A stretch of 64,000 nucleotides of DNA, from the NCBI RefSeq assembly GCF_009914755.1, contig NC_060937.1; one strand, 5' to 3'. Positions 29,288-44,154 of this stretch are shown piece after piece. The DNA comes from the human T2T-CHM13v2.0 reference genome, Homo sapiens. Position 1 is the stretch's first letter. The number at the start of each line of letters is the position of its first letter. Both the position numbers and the translations under genes were made by a program. Below the pieces are notes generated by a model. It saw only the letters and a list, made by a program, of their open reading frames with translations. It had not been told where the DNA came from and ran no database searches.

Positions 29288-30014
29288 TTAGTTACTTGCC
29301 GTGTGCTGTCAAGTAAGTTACAACACCCCTCTGATGCTCTTCCGTAAAATGAAGCTAACCGTGTATTATGGAGAGGATTACCACCTCACCATAGACTGTC
29401 CTTGCAGAAGAAGCTTCTGCAGTGCCTGGTGTGTAGTAGGCACTAAATGTACATTTCCTTCCCTTCTCCTTACTTTCCTAACACATTTTTCTTTTATTTT
29501 CCTTTTCTATTGTTTCTTAACTTTCAAGCAACACCATTAATTCAATGTTTCTTAAGCATTAGTATTTTTTTTGTCTTAGAGCTACCTCCAAGCCCATATC
29601 AGTAGAAAGTAAATTCAAAAACAAAACTACAGCTTTATAATTTGTTTAGTTTTATGCCTAAGTGAGACATAGAAAATCACACTGGAGGAAGGGTTATTTG
29701 CCTAGATCTGTCTGATTCTAAAATTCATGTTCTTAAACGTTAGCTTACACTACCTTTTAATAACTAAGGCTAAGAAGAATTATTACACTAATTATAAATT
29801 CCTGAAATTATAAGGGCTGTGTGGGAGAATTTGACTCTGTTTATCTAAAATAATTTGATCCATGATAAAAAGAGAAATTTTCCCTGCAAACATCATTGCA
29901 AAAAATATTTTTGAACTACTTTTTGAATCATGTTTTGTTAATAACAAACCAATTATTCAATACTCACTATGTGCTAGTATCTTTGCTGGCCTTTTTTTTG
30001 GTTAAGATTATTAT

Positions 30015-30450
30015 TTATTTAGTTTTTAACTGGCATATAAAAATATATGTGTATAGTGTACAACATGTTTTGCTGCATGAATACATTGTGGAATAGTTAA
30101 CTCAAGCAAATAAACATTTGCATTAAATTGCATACTCATTTTTGTGTGTATGGTGAAAACACTTAGAATCTATTATCTTTGCAATTTTAAATTATAAAAT
30201 ACAATGTTATTAACTACAGTCACCATAATGTACAATAGATCTCTTGAACATATTCTTCCTAACTGAATTTTTTGCTCTTTGATCAATATCTTCCCCTGAC
30301 CCTCAGTCCACCAGCCCTGGTAACTACCAGTCTGTTCTCTGCTTCTGTGAGTTTGACTTTTTAGGTTGCACATATGAGTGAGACTATGCGGCATTTGTGT
30401 GTCTCTTCCTGGCCTATTTTACTTAGCATGACGCCCTCCAGGCTCATCCA
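30015..30450 (-). mobile_element. L1MA-type 3' end
   Basis: gtgaaaacacttagaatcta..., ttattaactacagtcaccataatgtacaatagatctcttgaac, catatgagtgagactatgcggcatttg. Confidence 0.85.
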
Positions 30451-30574
30451 TCTGTGTAGTTCATTGGTCCTTCTCATGTTTTAGCTCCCTTGATTGGGAC
30501 CCCAACCTTATGAGAGGATTATTAGTATTATTCATTTTTATGGTAGAAAATTGAGGAATAAAAACGTGAAGGGC

Positions 30575-30976
<402 letters not shown>

Positions 30977-31104
30977 TTATAGGCATATCTTTCCCGTTTT
31001 TTGTTTGTTTGTTTGTTTGTTTTTACTAAGTGCTGTACTATCATTGAGTGGTTTAAATAATGACAAATGGCACATTCCCGACTTCGAACACTAGGATACT
31101 AGAG

Positions 31105-31296
31105 CAGTGGCCCAACTGGGGGCAATGCCTGGAAACGTTTTTGGTTGTTGTAACTGGGAGGGGTGTGCTCCTGGCGTCGAGTAGGCGGAAGCAGGGCCAA
31201 GATGCTGCTCAGCCTCCTACAATGCACAGGACAGCTCCCCAGGACAAAGAACCTTCTCATCCCGTATGTCAGTAGTACTGAGGGGGAGAAACTCCG
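31105..31296 (+). mobile_element. MER20 DNA transposon
   Basis: cagtgg...ggcaatgcctggaaacgtttttggttgttgtaactgg...gatgctgctcagcctcctacaatgcacaggacagc...gagaaactc. Confidence 0.85.
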
Positions 31297-32749
31297 TTCT
31301 TCAAAATAACAGTTTTTCAGTTCCCTAGTACAGCATTCTTACACTGTAATAGTAAACAGAACGGATGTCCTAAACAATAGACTACAAAAATAATTTGGTT
31401 GCTAAAAGCGTTTTTGTTTGTTTGTTTGTTTATTGGTTGGGAAAATAATATAAGTTGGATCTTGGCTCCACTAGCTTTCACAGTCAGTGGCTATTTGTAC
31501 ATGTAAATAATTTTCATCAATTAAATTATAAGGAAACTAATTAAGATATCATAAATTATAACTAAATGTTGATTACTAGGCATCCAAATTACCTACTCAC
31601 CTTCTAATTGTGTTTGCATATCTTAAAAAACATATTTGATTAAGTAAGAATGTAAGTACAACTTGGGATGTGGCCTTTTTTTTATAGATATAAAAACCAA
31701 AAGTTTCTAAGGCCCAGGATGTCTAATTTCTAATTTCTTAGATAGTCGCTAATTCATGTTCCATCTCAAGAAATTCAAAATGAGAAGGTGGCATTCCAAG
31801 GACTACCATGGTTTGGTTCTTTCTTATAATAATTTTAATTCTAATAAATTCAATTTTTCTAATTCCTTTTTTATGGTACTAAATACCCATGCATTTAATC
31901 TCTTTCTAATCTTTCTTTCCGCTTCCCCAGTAAATTGGAAGTAGGCATTGCAGAGACACTTGACATTTTAAAACCGGGCTTTGACTTCTGGGATAATAAA
32001 GAGGTCTGTTACTGAGTGTCCCCATAGTCAGTGAAATATCCTGGCACGTCTCAACCTATACCATGTTATAATTTCATGTTGAATAGCTTTACAAAAGGAG
32101 ACAGATAGTTGTCTTTCAGAAGCACAGGAAGAAAATTAGAAAGTACCAAAGTGGCATGAACTATCTCTTCACAGAAGTAAAGCAAAAAGCCCGAGAACCA
32201 AATAGAGATTTAGATAGAAAGCTTAAAAATCAACCTTTTTATTTTTTTAAAGCAAACGACTTATAGTACAAATAGACAGTGTACATTATGACATATGTTT
32301 GTAGCCTAGGAAAATATACAACATAGGCTTTATTGCAGAACATAATCCATTTAAAAAATAAGAGCCATCTTTTTCTAAGGGCATAGGGTCTAAAAAACCA
32401 CTTCTTATTTTCAATGCTGACTTGTATGTAATTTTGGTAAAGGATTCACTGTTTGCGTTTATATGGATTTCTAGTTTTGATTAGAAAACAAGTTATTGAA
32501 TTTCTACTTATGATTACAAAATGACTGAATTTGCCCCAAACACTGGAAAGTAAAAATGTGGATGGAATTCTTGTTACCACCTCAATATCGTTCAGTTAAG
32601 GAGTGGGTTGTCCTCACTAAATATTCACTCCAAAGATGAAAGAGCTAAAGCTATCCAATCGGGGTGAATAATTTCCCCAAGACCTCACTGGAGCAACGGC
32701 AACACAACTGTAATATTGATATCTAAGACATCTTCCTTTGCCATCTCTT

Positions 32750-33720
32750 CGTTCATTCTTTGAGCAATATTTATAAAGCATGAAATTTCTATGGCCCTGG
32801 TGTTACATTATATACTCAGGATTCAGTAATAAATGATGATTAAAAAGACAGAATTCCCGCTCTTAAGGAGCTTTTAAGATAGAGGGAGATGGTATATAAA
32901 AGTAAGCCCCCTTTGCAATAAATTCTTTAAGGAGCACACAGGATTCACAGTGCCCTGCTGGAGATACAGTCACAAGTTTTCTACGGTCACAGGTTTTCTG
33001 CAAGAACTGACTTCTACAAGAAACTGAGAAAGAACTGAAGCAGGGGAAGGAGTCGAAGCTCCAGGCATAGGGAAAATGACAAGAGGGTAAAGAAATCATG
33101 GCTGGTGCAGGGACCTGTGAGTAGCCGAATACTGGGGCTCAAGGTTAGCTAAGGAAGTGACAAATGAGGCTGGAGAGGTTTGCTAGGACAAGCCATGAAG
33201 GGTTTGTTCATTATTCCATGTCATTTGGATTTTATGCAGAGTCTTTGTAAAAGTGACGTGAAGAGATTTTCATGTTGGAAAGATGACTAACTGCATCGTA
33301 GAATTAATGTGAAAGGGTGGCCCAAGGAAGCAAGTTTCTTCACAGCTATTGCAATAAACAGGTGAGGAATGACTGAGGTCTGAATTGGATGGTGTTGGCA
33401 CATGAAAAAGATGGACAGATACAAGATATATGGAAGAAAGAAAATTTGAAAAAAAAAGGTGATTAGTTAAGTGTTACCATAGAAAAAGAGAAGGAAGAAA
33501 AGGACCTAGGCTATGAATTGAGCAACTGGATAATGATACAATTTTTTAAGGTAGTAAACATAGAAAGTGGAGCATGTTTGTGGACCATTGTCTTTCTGTT
33601 TAGTGATGTGAATATGTACTTATATTTTAGCCAGATAAACTTGAAGTAAAAAATCCAGTCTATAGTAAAGCATGAATTGGAGAGAGAGACTTGAGGTCTA
33701 AACTTCACTTTAAGTGCTTG
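32750..33720 (-). mobile_element. Degraded LINE-2
   Basis: ttcattctttgagcaatattt... L2 3' end followed by purine-rich L2 body (tgaggctggagagg, ctattgcaataaacaggtgagg). Confidence 0.7.
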
Positions 33721-35977
33721 ATCTATAATGATGGGAAGGAGGGGAGGTGTAGCAGTCTGGCTACCTTCCTTTCTAGCTCTTTTTGCTTCAATGTTTCTAG
33801 AAGTAAAGATGGGATTTCTGAAAGTACTTAAGTAGAATGAGGTGGGAAAGTAGGCGTGAATTCAGCCTTAAGTTAATTTGACTGACGGTTCTCTATGTGC
33901 AATTGTGCTAATGATCAAAATCAGCCAAAATAACAGCGAGTTATACAAGTTTAGAGAAAGCCAAAATTGTTGCCTACCAGATAGTTTGTCACAAAAAAAG
34001 GATTCCCAAATTGCCAAGTGCTGTTTTCATTTGCTGCCTGCTGCCATTCTAACTTACCCCCTATCTATTGGAAATTTCCAGAAGGCATCTTAACTGACTT
34101 CTATGGTGCTAATTGCAGAAAACTCTCCGAATTTCCTTCTTCTTTTAAAGACATTATATCCTCTTCTTTTCTGAATTAAAAATAAAATCTCAGTCCAAGT
34201 CAACATTCTGACAGAAGTTTAAACAAACCTGGGGCATTAAAATGCAGTTAAAAAAAAAGAAGAAAAAGGGAGAACTAACTGTAAAATGCCCTGTCTATAT
34301 AAAGAATTGGAAATGCATGCAGTATTGTGTTGTTGAGTTTGGGGTGGTATGTTTATGCGCTTGAGTGATTTTTGACCTAAATATTTATCAATTGATGTGA
34401 ATTCAAACCAACTACTTAAAAGTTGGGCAGCTGGGGCCAACTACTGTCAGTAGCCAGTGGCTGGCACCCAATGATGGCAACGATTTTACTGAGGATTACC
34501 CATGCGCTTGAGTACATAGGTCCTTATGCACAGAGCTGCTAGAATTCTATTTCTGCTCTCCCTTGAGCCTAGGATGACAATCATGATAAATGGTATCATA
34601 CTGTGAGGTGGTTTGTGATGAAAACAAATTTCCACTCGGGATCATAACACAACCTCTACACTGAGGCTCTGATAAAACACTTAGAAATGTGCAATTGTCT
34701 TTTCTCTCCTCTTTCTCTTTTGTCTTTGTTAAAAATAAAAACCAAAACCAATACATTCCCACCCAAAGAATAAACCCACAAAAAAAACAAACATTTAAGA
34801 TAACTGAAATGTGTACTGGGAACAATACTCTTTATCTAGCTAGAGATTGGGATTTTTATTATTTTATCTATGGATATCTGTCTATCTAGATATCATGTAT
34901 GTATGTATCTATCTACTTTCCTAATTATTCAGTTTTCAAGTGGAAACGAGATAGTGGAAAATGAATAGGTGGGGATTTGAAAATTATAGATGGGATAAAC
35001 TGTGGAGGTAGGGAAGCTACAGGTGTTTAAAAAACTAGATAACAGCTTTCTCTATGGAATTGGACAATTTTGAACTTAGGCAAGGTTCTCTTTGCAGATA
35101 TGCCACAGTGGTTAGCATTTTGATAAGATCTTTTTTTTAAACAGAAGGGCTAATTTAGTTTATTATTTGAATATATTGATATTTTGGTATAAACTGGATC
35201 ACCTCCCTGTTTTAAAATTAAGCCTGCTCTTGGTCAAAGTAAACAGAATTCGTCATTTTAGCAGGAAAATGCAATGCCTTATCACTTTTCACTGTTAAAT
35301 TTCTTGCTTTAATCATTTAAATGGTGTGATGTTCTTGTCTCCATTCTCCCTAGGGTCTACTGGAGACCTTGGCTTTTTATTTCCCTGACACAACTTCACA
35401 CTGCTGGAGCAATGCTTGGATTGCTCTGGAAACACTGGCAAATCTCAAGATGCAGTTCAGGCTTCTCCATGATGAGTGTGAGTCCCTAGGCTGTCTCTCA
35501 AACTAAAGATTCCCCAGCCAGGCAACTCTAAAGAGTCTTCGACAAGGCAACACAATTACTCTGTGTGCTTAGAAGAAGAGGGGTCATAAATGTCAGCTGT
35601 TGCTCTTTGAGTCCTGCTAATTCATTCATTGATTCACTCATCTTTCCCACAGGCATGTGCTGTGCGTTTACTGTACTGCATGACACTGTGGAGGTTATAA
35701 AGAAATAAAATATTTGGGGCTTACTCTCTATGAAATAAAATTCTAATTCTTTCTACCATATATTCTTATGTGAGATCCCAGCCTGCTCTACCTGGTGCCT
35801 GCTCTACCTGTTACCTGGACTAGGGCATTTCTGTATCAGATTAAATTTAAAGGTGTTTCAATAGTTAATAATGATCAAACGTTATAAATATTGGGAAACT
35901 ATAATGGATGAGGTGAAAAAGAAAAGGCCACTAAGTAGAAAATTAGATAAAATAGACATATATAAAATTAAGTCATG

Positions 35978-36382
35978 TGTTATGGGCTAAACTGTGTCCC
36001 CCACAAAATTCATGTTGGGGTCAGTACCTCAGAATGTGTCTGTATTTGGAGACAGGGCCTTTATAGAAATAATTAAATTAAAATGAGGTCACTAGGTTCA
36101 GCTCTAATCCAACAAGATGGGCATCCTGATAGGAAGAGGGAATTTGGATACAGAGGGAAGATTATATAAAGACACGGGGAGAGGATGACCATCTACAAGA
36201 CCAAGAGAGAGGCCTGTCCGTAAGAAACCAACCCTCAAGGAGAGAGGCCTTTCTGTAAGAAACCAACCCTGCCAGCACCCAGCTTTTGGAGCTCTAGTCT
36301 CCAGAAATGTGAAATAAATTTCTTTTGTTTAAGCCACTCAGTCTATGGTACTTTGTTATAGCAGCCCTGGCAAACTAATACA
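35978..36382 (+). mobile_element. Solo MLT1B-like MaLR LTR
   Basis: tgttatgggctaaactgtgtcccc...agtacctcagaatgtg.ctgtatttggaga...tttaagccactcagtctatggtactttgttatagcagccctggcaaactaataca. Confidence 0.9.
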
Positions 36383-36756
36383 GCATCAAACTTGGGAAGG
36401 CATTCAAATGCATTTACTGAGCAAATCATTTGTACATATCATTATCATAAATGTTGCATCATAGAAATTAATTTATCTAGGCCCAGAGCTCCTTGAAATT
36501 CACTTCTCTGACAAGTAAAATCACACTTTGGATATCTGAGGAACACACACATATCCAGGAACCTAAAGTCAAGTGATGTGGGGCTTTTATTATTGGTAAA
36601 TGGGAATTTAAAAAATTGGAAAAATCACAATAATAGTAACAATAATAATGACAATAGAAGCTGCCTACATTGAGTGTCTTCTCTGTGCCAGATATGGCAG
36701 TAAGTATCACAACACCTCTCTTTAATAGAGATTTTTATTCCTCTCAAATAAAGGAA

Positions 36757-36810
36757 CTCTGTCTATCTATCTATCTTTCTATCTATATCAATCATCTATC
36801 AATCAATCTG
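36757..36810. repeat. (TCTA/TCAA)n microsatellite within a MIR-like region
   Basis: tctatctatctatctttctatctatatcaatcatctatcaatcaatc. Confidence 0.7.
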
Positions 36811-37706
36811 TATATTGGGGACCTGAAGCTTCGATAAGTTTTCTTGTTTGCCCAAGCTTTCATAGCTAGGATTTGAAATATAAATTGATCTGAGTTCTAA
36901 CCCAAAGCTCTCATGGTGGAAGGGACATGGTATAGGCACGTGTTGTTCTTTCAAGGAGTGTCAGACACTTTCAAAGGATTCATCTGCCCCAAGAAAGGTC
37001 AGCTCTGTTCCCCAGGTTCCATCAATGATCCTGGGTAGGCACTGGGTTTTAATGTTTACTGAGAGCTCTGAATTCCATACTAGCCCATCAGGATGGAAAT
37101 ATCCTGGGAAACTTTTGAGTATTTAGGCCTAAATATATTACTCTGGTCTAAATACTCCTAAGTATTTCAGAACTTCAGATCATTAGAAAGTTACCCTTCT
37201 TCCTCCCCAAACCTCACCCAGTTACTTGAAGAGGAGCTCACAATAGACCTCTCCTTGCCTAACAGTTCTAAAGCAGTAGGAAGGAATTGTTGCTAAGGTC
37301 TTTACAAGGTCACAGCCAAATATATGAAATAAACAAGAAGACCACATATAAATTTACATAAAAATATGCCTTGAATTTGCATTGAAATGCACTTTAATCT
37401 ACATACAAGTCTATTCTTGTAGAGTATAAATTTTATAATTGTTCTTCTTTAAAGCTGTCATTTATTTTTCATGCCTTGTCCACCCCCCATCCCACTTTCA
37501 GTTCTCCCCATGATGTCTGCATGCTTGGGGATGACTCCTTTCATGACCCAATCAAGATGTCATGGAGGTGCTGGCACTTTCACATAAAAAGCTCACACTA
37601 AGGCAGCCTCCATTTTTTTTTTATCTCATCAGAAAATCCACTACATAATTTCCTTTCCTCTTCCTGCCTAGTTTCTGCTCTCTCAAGTGAATGTAAAATC
37701 CACCAC

Positions 37707-38205
37707 TGTCAAAGAAACTTGCACCAGACAGAGTTAAACAGGCAGGGAAGACTTTATTCAAGACTATTGCAATTGGGAGAGAGACTAAACTCCACACCCT
37801 TAAAATGAAAGGTTGGCGAGGTTTTAAACACTGGAGTGAACTAGTGGAAAAGTACTGAATGACATGACGGGAGGTTGGTCAGTGGGATCAGGCCACCTGT
37901 GTTTCCCAACTGGTGCTGATGGAAGTTTGGCTCACGCCCTTTCACAGAGACTGGGAGATAGGGACTCCTTCTTGATGATGCCATTTCAATGATGGCTCCC
38001 AGGTCCTTGAAAAAGACATTCCTTAGTTGTAAAACTTGCAAGAGGTTGGGAGAAGATTTATATCTTAAAGAGGCAGAGAGAGAGTTTCCAATTGCAAGTG
38101 TTCTAAAGTTTTTCTATGAAAAAGGAGGTCAGGGGCATAGAGTCAGGAAGAAACCTGACTAAAGTTGAATTAAACTGAGGGAAATGTTAAGGCTGTCTTT
38201 GTCTC
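37707..38205 (-). mobile_element. ERV1 (MER4-group-like) solo LTR
   Basis: tgtcaaagaaacttgcaccagacagagttaaacaggcagggaagactttattcaagactattgcaa..., ggctcccaggtccttgaaaaagacattcctt; AATAAA on - strand. Subfamily uncertain. Confidence 0.65.
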
Positions 38206-41200
38206 TGCAGAAATAAATATAGTCAATTAATAATTATATATGCAGCTATCCAGCCCCTTCCCCATATCTGGACTTACTGCCTTCTGTCTAATATGTAGAA
38301 ACTTCTTGGTTTATTTGATGAATGTGGAGGAAAGGAAAAGTCACAGTGGGAGGTTACAGCAGGAAGGTGTGGAACTCAGGACAAGTAGCTGCTTTTCCAT
38401 ACAATGTAAACAGAAGATGGCTTTACAAGAGTCCCCAGCTTTCAGTCAGCTGTAATCAAGAGGGTTTCCTAATTTTAGGCATTTAAGAAGGTTATTGTTT
38501 CTCTCTCTGTTTCAAGTGCTTGATAATCTTTAATGATGGTCATAAAGATGTCAGCAGCATTGAGTCACTGTTTTATAGAAGGCAATGGTTTTGATGTTAT
38601 CCCATAACACGCTTGTGAGTAGGGCATGAGATTCATTCATACTGTACAGAAAAGCATAGTGCGATGCCAAGAAGAGTAGTGACTTTTGTAGTCATCCAGA
38701 TAGGGACATTTTGGAGGAAGTGAGATACTTTATAGTTTACCTCCGCCACTTACCAACTCCGTGACCTTAGCCAAGTTACTTAACATGGCTGTGGCAGATT
38801 TTCCTCATCTATATAATGAGGATAACAAAAATATGAAACCTTAGGGTGGCTAGGAGAATTTTGTGAGAAAACAATCCATGTGCAGCCCACCAAAAACTTC
38901 CTGAGCATGTAGGAACCACTTGAAAAACATTGACAACTATGACTTACGGGATAGACCTGGGTTCTTCCTGATTCTGAGACTCACGCTTTAGGATATCATC
39001 TATGTCACTGTAATCTCGTCAGTCACCTAGAGTGTTTGAATTAAAATTTTCTATTAAACATGGAATTCCAGGAGCAGAAGGGGATGCATGATACTTACAG
39101 ATGCCACCTCTTTTTTCCCTGTCTCAATTTTCCAGATAGATTTTAATTTTTTAATATCAAATACTTACAGAATCTAGTCTTTTGTAACTGTTCTGCAGGT
39201 AGTAAAATAGTCTCTGCAGCTACCTGACACTGGCTGGATTGTTCTTTGCTCTATGATATTCTCAATAACAAGAAACAATAAATATCATTTCTTTTACACA
39301 ATGCATTGTTCTCTTTTCTGATTCCTTTAAGTCATTCTTTGGAGTTTTATCTTCTATAATGGTGCACTCGCAATTATAGTATTTACACTTGTTTGCTCAT
39401 ACTTTCCGAAAAGATGTTAAGGCCATATGCAGTACAAATGAAGAGTCATCCATCACACGCCACGGACCACTGCTGACTCCTCAGCAGGGTTTCTTTGTAC
39501 TTGACTTCTAGGACATCCTCTTGTTCATTTGCCTTCTATCTTTGTCATTCCTATAGCTTCTCCTTCATAGAGAGAGAGGTTATTATTTCTGCATTATTTT
39601 ATATTCTACTTGCTTTTTGCAGAGTCACACACAGATGTATTCTGTATACACGAGTGGTTTGTAAATGTAACTCGCTTTCTGAATTCATAATCCTCATTCA
39701 TGCCCATAGAGCATAAGATTGACAGGATGTTTCTCTATCCCTGATCTTCTGGACATTGTGGTGCCGATTTTCTAACTGTAATAATCAAACCTGGATTTTA
39801 TTTCATGGACAGCTTGAACAATATATATCTATTCTATTACTTCTCTTCCAAAAAAGTGTGCTTCCTTTAGATGGTGGTCTCTCAGGAATGAAGTGACTCG
39901 GTATTTGCTAATCTTGAATACAGGCAGTTTAAAGTCTCTAAAAGAAAACAGATTTCCACGTATATTGTTGGAATAATTCTGAAATGTTTTGTTTATTCTT
40001 GAATATGTGACACCGTTAATGCATTTTAGTGAAGTGAAATGAAAATTTAAATGAGGTTATCAGAGGCTAAATGCTGTCACTCAGTGGCAGTGTTGATATT
40101 TTGGGCATTGTTCCAGCAGATCATAATCTGAGAGATAATGACTCTAGTTCTGTTTTTCCCAGCTGTTCTTACTAGTGGGAACAGCTGCCATTGTTACACT
40201 TGTAAACTCTATGCTTGGCAGCACTCTTGATGGAGTCTGAAAATGTATTTTTGTTTGTGAGTTTATTTTCCTGCATGGTAAAGTTATGTTCAGATTTAAA
40301 GCAGGAGCAACACAGCATTATCTGGTTGACAATAACGGTGCCTAGGAGAAATTAGAGGAATTCAGTTGCATTGAGCACGCATTACCTTGCATTTTCCCTT
40401 TATCCTGGTTGAATGAATCATTTGTGATATACTTACTTGAATAATATTGTCTTACATTAAAAAAGAAACCCTCAAGGACAAATGTAGATGACTGAGCCCA
40501 CAGCCTGTCATGTTGTGAGATGTAAGATTAACTAAGAAATTTCTGCTACTTTTTGTGGATGATGATTCCTCATCAGGAATTCACCTTCTCTCACCTGGGT
40601 CCCTTTGTGCCCAGTGTCAAAATTGGAAGACAGCTGGACTTGATTAGAGGTGCATACAAAAAAAGCTTCTCCCTCTGTGGCGCCTGTCTGCAGTGTACGG
40701 ATTGAACCAGCAACTGTGGCCTCATTAGCATCGTGCTCTACCAGATGTTTCTTGGAAGAATTAATATTCGACATGAAATAATTTCTCTGAATGATCAAAA
40801 ATAAAAGTAAATGGATTTGAATCAAAGTGTCTTTTTTACATGAATCATACCGTATCCAAAGGATCTTCAGATTTCCTGTATCATAAATCATAAAATGGTA
40901 CTAGACATCTCACCAGATGTCAGATATACAGCTTCAGCAATATCATATCATAGACTATCTTACTGTGAGTTTTTAAAGTTATTATCATTTTAAAGAGATA
41001 GATGTTTTGACAGAGACTGTTATGAGTTTTAAGCCTTTTGTTTAGTTGTATATGAAAAATACTTCAATCCTATGTTTATTGAGGCTACTTTTTCAGGGCA
41101 GAATCTTGAATGGAAACTTCAATGAAAGGAAAAATGTCCTAAGCCCAATGCATGTGGACATTGGCTAGGATTTCCTATGAATTCCCTTCTCTTTTTGCTT

Positions 41201-41649
41201 TCTCTTCTATATTTTCAGCCTCAAAATAACACTCAAAATCCAGTTTTGGAGTCCTTTATAAATGCCAGTCTTGTATCCACTAACTGATGGAATTTTCAAT
41301 TTGCATAAATCCTTCATTTCATCAAATTGTAGAATATCTCCTATCAGCTATATTATTTCTTAAGGTGGCTTTCCCTTTTGACTTTTCTGTTTCTACTGGT
41401 GCAGTTTCCTTTGCTCAATCATTCAAGTTTTAAATCTAGGTCATTATTGCTTGTCAGTTTCTTTCACTAGACTGTATGCTCCTTAAATACTGGAATTGTC
41501 ATCTTTCATTCTTCATTGCCTGGTTCAGCTCTTGCTACACCGTGGTTGTTGAATAAACATTTTTGAAATAAATGAATATATATATTTTAACCTTTGCTTG
41601 CTCTGGTATTCTTCTTATGATTATAGAAACTGAATAGATGATCAAAAAA

Positions 41650-44000
41650 TTTGAATGCAGAATCAAGTTATAAAAATGTGTAGAATAAAAGGTCTTGCCT
41701 TCATTTTCATCCCTCATCTGCACATCTCTTACTGCTCCCCCCCTGTGGGTAACCATGGTCATTAGTTTCTTATGTTTTCTTCCAGGGTTTCATTTTGCAG
41801 GTACACATATACACACATGTGCACTCTTATTTCCTTTTTTATATCCAGAAGGTGTGTGTATCATATCACACACATTACTGTATATCTTGGTCTTTATTTG
41901 AAGTATTTTGGAAGGAAATATTTCTATGTTTGGATACAGTTCTTTCATTCCTTTCCTTTAAGTAGTATCACATTGCATTGTGAGAAGTTGTCATCATTTA
42001 TTAACTATCTGAGTTGTTTCCTATTGGTAGCCATAAAAGATGCTTCAGTAAGGAGCCTTACATCATGTCATATTTGTGCAGTTAAATTCCAAGGATGTAA
42101 TTTCTGGGTCCATTTTCATAATGATGACATTGCCAACTTGCCCTCGGAAAGGATGGTACTAATTTAGCCCAGCAGTATATGAAAGCACCTGTTTCCCTAT
42201 AACCTCATAAGAGGGTGTCTGAGTCTGCTGTTATAACAAAATACCTGAGACCAGGTACTTTATACAGAGCAGAAACTTATTTATCACAGTTCTGGAGGCT
42301 GCAAAGGCTGAGATCAAGGTGCCAGCAGGTTTGATGTGTGGTGAGGGCCTGCTCCGTAGATAGCACCTTCTCTTGTGACATCCTCATGAGGCAGAAGAGT
42401 GGAAGGGCAAAAAGGGGTTAACTTTCTCTATCAAGTCCTTTGATGAGAACAGCTAATCCCAGTGTGAGGCCAGTACCCTCCTGACTCAGTAAACTCCCAA
42501 AAGCCAAACCTCCTAATAATGTGGCATTGGGGGTCAAGTTTCATGAATTTTGGAGCAATCAACATCATTCAAATGATAGCCCAGAGTCAGTTATCAAAAC
42601 TTAGATTTTTAAAAAATATCTGGAGAAAAATGTATTTGAATTCAATTTTAGTTAGCATTTCACTCATTATATGTAAATATGAACATTGTTTCATGCGTTT
42701 TGGCATCATTTCCATTTTCTTTTTTGTGAACTGTCTTTTCATTTCCTTCCTATTGGGATTTGGGTTGGTTTCTCATTAATTTAATTAGCCAGGCTTGACC
42801 CTAGTGGGAAATTTGAGCACTCCTCAGTCCCTTTCCCTGTTCCCTGACAGTTAGCTGCACTTAGCTTGATTTTGTTTTGCATAAACTCTCTACCTGAAGG
42901 AAATTTTGATTCTCATGTGGTTAAATTTATCAGATTTATGGCTTTTGAGTTTTGAGTCTGAATAAAGAAGACTTTTCTTATTTCAATATTATGAAGAATT
43001 TAGCCATGTTTTCTTCTAGTAGTTTCACAGCTTAATTAATTCACGTATAGATTTTTGATCATTGGAAATTTATCATGGTGTAGAGTGTGGCATATGAATT
43101 TAGCTTTATGTTTTTCCAAATGTCTACTTAGTTATTCTTGCCAATTTTAGTAGTCCCCTTTTCCCTACTGATTTCAAAAGGTAGAAACAACTTTTACCAT
43201 ATACTAAATTCCCTTTTTTTAAAAGGAATTTTGTTTTGAATTGGGATTTTGCTAGGTTTTCTAGATTCTGAATTATGTTTGATGGCCTATTTATGCATCA
43301 ATACCATATTATTTTTTATTATTAATGCTTTATAATATTTTGATATCTAGTAAAACCAGTGATTCTTCATTGCTCTTCTGTTTCAAATATTTCTTCACTA
43401 CATTGTTTATTCATCTGTATTAATGTTATAATCACTGTCCTAATTCTAAATAATATGATTGTGGTATTTTGTTGGGTGCATTTCAAAGAAGCAAATAAAC
43501 TTAACAGAGAAATAATTATTGTACGATGTTAAATCTTCCTCTCCATGAACACATACTGTGTCTTTTGTTCAATTCTTAAGTTTTGTTTTTCAGTTGCATT
43601 TTAAAATTGTTTTCATATAGATTTACACAGGTCTTATTAAATTTATTCCTACGGGCTTTATAATTTACTTTTATAGTATAGGACCTTTCCTTCTATTATA
43701 CTTTCTAACTGGCTATTGTTTGCAAGTGTAAAAACAATGGATTTTTTAATAGTATTACTCTTGTTTTCTGCAATTTTTATGAACTTACTGTTTGCCATAT
43801 TTTTTATTACCATTTGTGATTTTCAGGCATAATCAGATCAGGTAAAATTAAGTCTTTTTACTTTGAATTTTTATTACTGTAATTCTTTTCATTTTGTTTT
43901 GTTTTATTTTTGCTTAGTTCTTCATTTACAACATTACATGATGGCTTTTATAGTAGTTACGCTTGTTTTGTTCCTGACTTTAGTGAGATTATTCCTGTTT
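41650..44000 (-). mobile_element. Old L1 (L1ME-like) fragments
   Basis: ggtaaccatggtcattagtttcttatg, tttttgtgaactgtcttttcatttcc, gccatgttttcttctagtagtttc, aatcttcctctccatgaacac. Confidence 0.7.
42216..42581 (-). mobile_element. Solo MST/MLT1A-like MaLR LTR inserted in the L1ME
   Basis: tgtctgagtc..tgctgttataacaaaatacctgagac...cacagttctggaggctg...gatcaaggtgccagcagg...catcattcaaatgatagc. Confidence 0.85.
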
Positions 44001-44154
44001 TTTTTGTTTGTTTGTTTCAAGCATTTTGCTTACTTTGGGGCTTAGACATCCCTCTCTCTCGCTGTAAATGTATGTGTATGAGTGTGTATATTTATAAATT
44101 GATGCGCTTTTAGCATCTACAAATATTAAGTTCAACTTAATATTTGCATCAATT

